From positions 65,507 through 129,506 of the IMG/VR virus record IMGVR_UViG_3300027741_000002: a stretch of 64,000 nucleotides of DNA; one strand, written 5' to 3'. Shown piece by piece: positions 58,351 to 64,000 of this stretch (the stretch's first letter is position 1; every line of letters starts with the position of its first letter). The translations under genes and the position numbers were made by a program. The notes under the pieces are model-generated. The model was not told the DNA's origin. It searched no databases and worked only from the letters and a program-made list of their open reading frames with translations. This DNA is from a virus.

Positions 58351-59544
58351 ATGACATTATTTGATAAGCTCTCTGTTCCAGGGCGCTCGGGCTCAGACTT
58401 TAAGACAAAGAACAGCGCTCCCGACGAGGCATGGCGTCCGCGCATGGACGTAGGAGACGACGGCGGTTATGTAATCTCGATACCACGCCCGATTACTGAT
58501 ATTCCTGACGCAAGAGAGTTACTAGTTGAGTTTGACCTTAACCCAGACCATTGGGCAATTACATCGGTAAGAAAATCACGTTGGCAAAGGTACGACGGCG
58601 AGCTTTTAGAATCGCAAAGAATTAACATAGTTCCAATATCATCTCAAACAGAATTAGACCTAGACGTAAAAGATCTAATGAAGAGTATGCAAAATTGGAA
58701 GCCTGGCAAGAAGCCTTCGGTGACGACTGGAGACCTTGCCTTTATTTTTGCGCCCAGCGACCAGCAACTAGGTAAGAAAGCTAACGGAGAGGGAACCAAG
58801 GAAACCGTAGAGCGTATACAGACGGCAACCGAAGGTGCGGTTCATCGTCTACACGACCTTAGAAAAGTTGGAAGAGAAATAGGCACGGTTGTTATCGCGC
58901 TGCTAGGAGATCACGTTGAAGGAAACGTTTCTCAAGGTGGGCGTCTACAAAGCCACTTCGCGTCGGACATGGGTCTTACCGAACAAATACGCGTAGGTAT
59001 TGGTCTGCTTATGGTTCAAATAAAGGCGTTTGCCCCGTTGGTAGACCGTGTCGTAGTCGCGGTAGTAAACGGAAACCATGACGAGGTAAGTCGCCAAGTT
59101 GCGCTTGATCCATCTGAAGGATGGAACACTCATATTGCAAACGTAGCTCAGTCTATCTGCGCGGAAAGTAGCGCGCTATCACACGTAGAGTTTAGGTTCC
59201 CTGCGAGAGATCATCAAACACTTGCGGTAGAAGTATGCGGAACTATGATTGGACTATTTCACGGTCATCAAAGTGGAAAAGATGTTACTAAATATCTGTC
59301 AGAGCAGGCTGCAGGCCAGACTGCGCTGGGCGGATGTGATGTTTGGCTGTCAGGACATTTCCACAACTTTAGATCAATGGATGTTGGCGGCAGATTTTGG
59401 GCGCAATGTCCGACGGTCGACCCAGGCTCCGCATGGTTTAGAGACCGACGTGGTCTAGAGTCTAACCCAGGTATATTGACCATGGTGGTAGGTAAAGATC
59501 ACGATCCAAGGCTCGATGTTAGCGTAATTCCAGCTAATAAATAA
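58351..59544 (+). CDS. Calcineurin-like metallophosphoesterase (Mre11/SbcD-like)
   Basis: SDQQLGK, LGDHVEG, GNHDE, FHGH, GHFH. Confidence 0.85.
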   Translation: MTLFDKLSVPGRSGSDFKTKNSAPDEAWRPRMDVGDDGGYVISIPRPITDIPDARELLVEFDLNPDHWAITSVRKSRWQRYDGELLESQRINIVPISSQTELDLDVKDLMKSMQNWKPGKKPSVTTGDLAFIFAPSDQQLGKKANGEGTKETVERIQTATEGAVHRLHDLRKVGREIGTVVIALLGDHVEGNVSQGGRLQSHFASDMGLTEQIRVGIGLLMVQIKAFAPLVDRVVVAVVNGNHDEVSRQVALDPSEGWNTHIANVAQSICAESSALSHVEFRFPARDHQTLAVEVCGTMIGLFHGHQSGKDVTKYLSEQAAGQTALGGCDVWLSGHFHNFRSMDVGGRFWAQCPTVDPGSAWFRDRRGLESNPGILTMVVGKDHDPRLDVSVIPANK

Positions 59545-59621
59545 TAAAGTATCCAAGTAAAGATTTTATATGTTTGGTAGTATATACCTGTCTCCTATTG
59601 ATGTCTTTGCTATGTTGATAA

Positions 59622-61838
<2,217 letters not shown>

Positions 61839-61851
61839 GGGAGGATAGTAA

Positions 61852-63639
<1,788 letters not shown>

Positions 63640-63738
63640 GCTGCAGTTTTTTACCTCTATCACCTTCTTTCATTTAGTATAAGATATCTTTTAGGAGCCT
63701 CTCTGCTCCTAACACTCGAGTGAAATGAGAAAGCATAT

Positions 63739-64000
<262 letters not shown>

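Overview
A 64 kb segment of a large tailed dsDNA phage genome. The host is very likely an actinobacterium: there are two WhiB genes, a DUF3039-like gene, an actinophage-type portal and many leaderless genes. A freshwater acI-like host is my inference only. Bases 1-11 kb (minus strand) hold the head/packaging module: terminase large subunit, portal, a Dps/Cys-rich/HiPIP-like polyprotein and a large protein running off the window. Bases 11-25.7 kb are an early/accessory island of short genes, each behind a repeated extended -10 promoter (CCTGATATAAT) and a GACGRAAGG ribosome-binding motif. This island includes an HDAC-family deacetylase, a dual-specificity phosphatase, a proteasome-beta-like protease, a subtilisin, an AAA+/vWA pair and a candidate ncRNA. 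Bases 25.8-48.8 kb hold lysis and terminase-small-like genes, an AT-rich strand switch, exported proteins, tRNA-Gly, class II RNR, Gly-rich fibre-like genes and a second candidate ncRNA. Bases 48.9-64 kb hold collagen-like fibres, a serine recombinase, a CHAP endolysin, a primase-helicase and a metallophosphoesterase. The strongest novel candidate is the metal-handling polyprotein in the head module, whose domains are separated by a recurrent hydrophobic-x-[AS]-A-G motif. Next are the phosphatase/deacetylase/protease cluster, the two structured RNAs and a short N-terminal anchor shared by dispersed fibre genes. All family calls come from motif recognition by eye; no database search was run.
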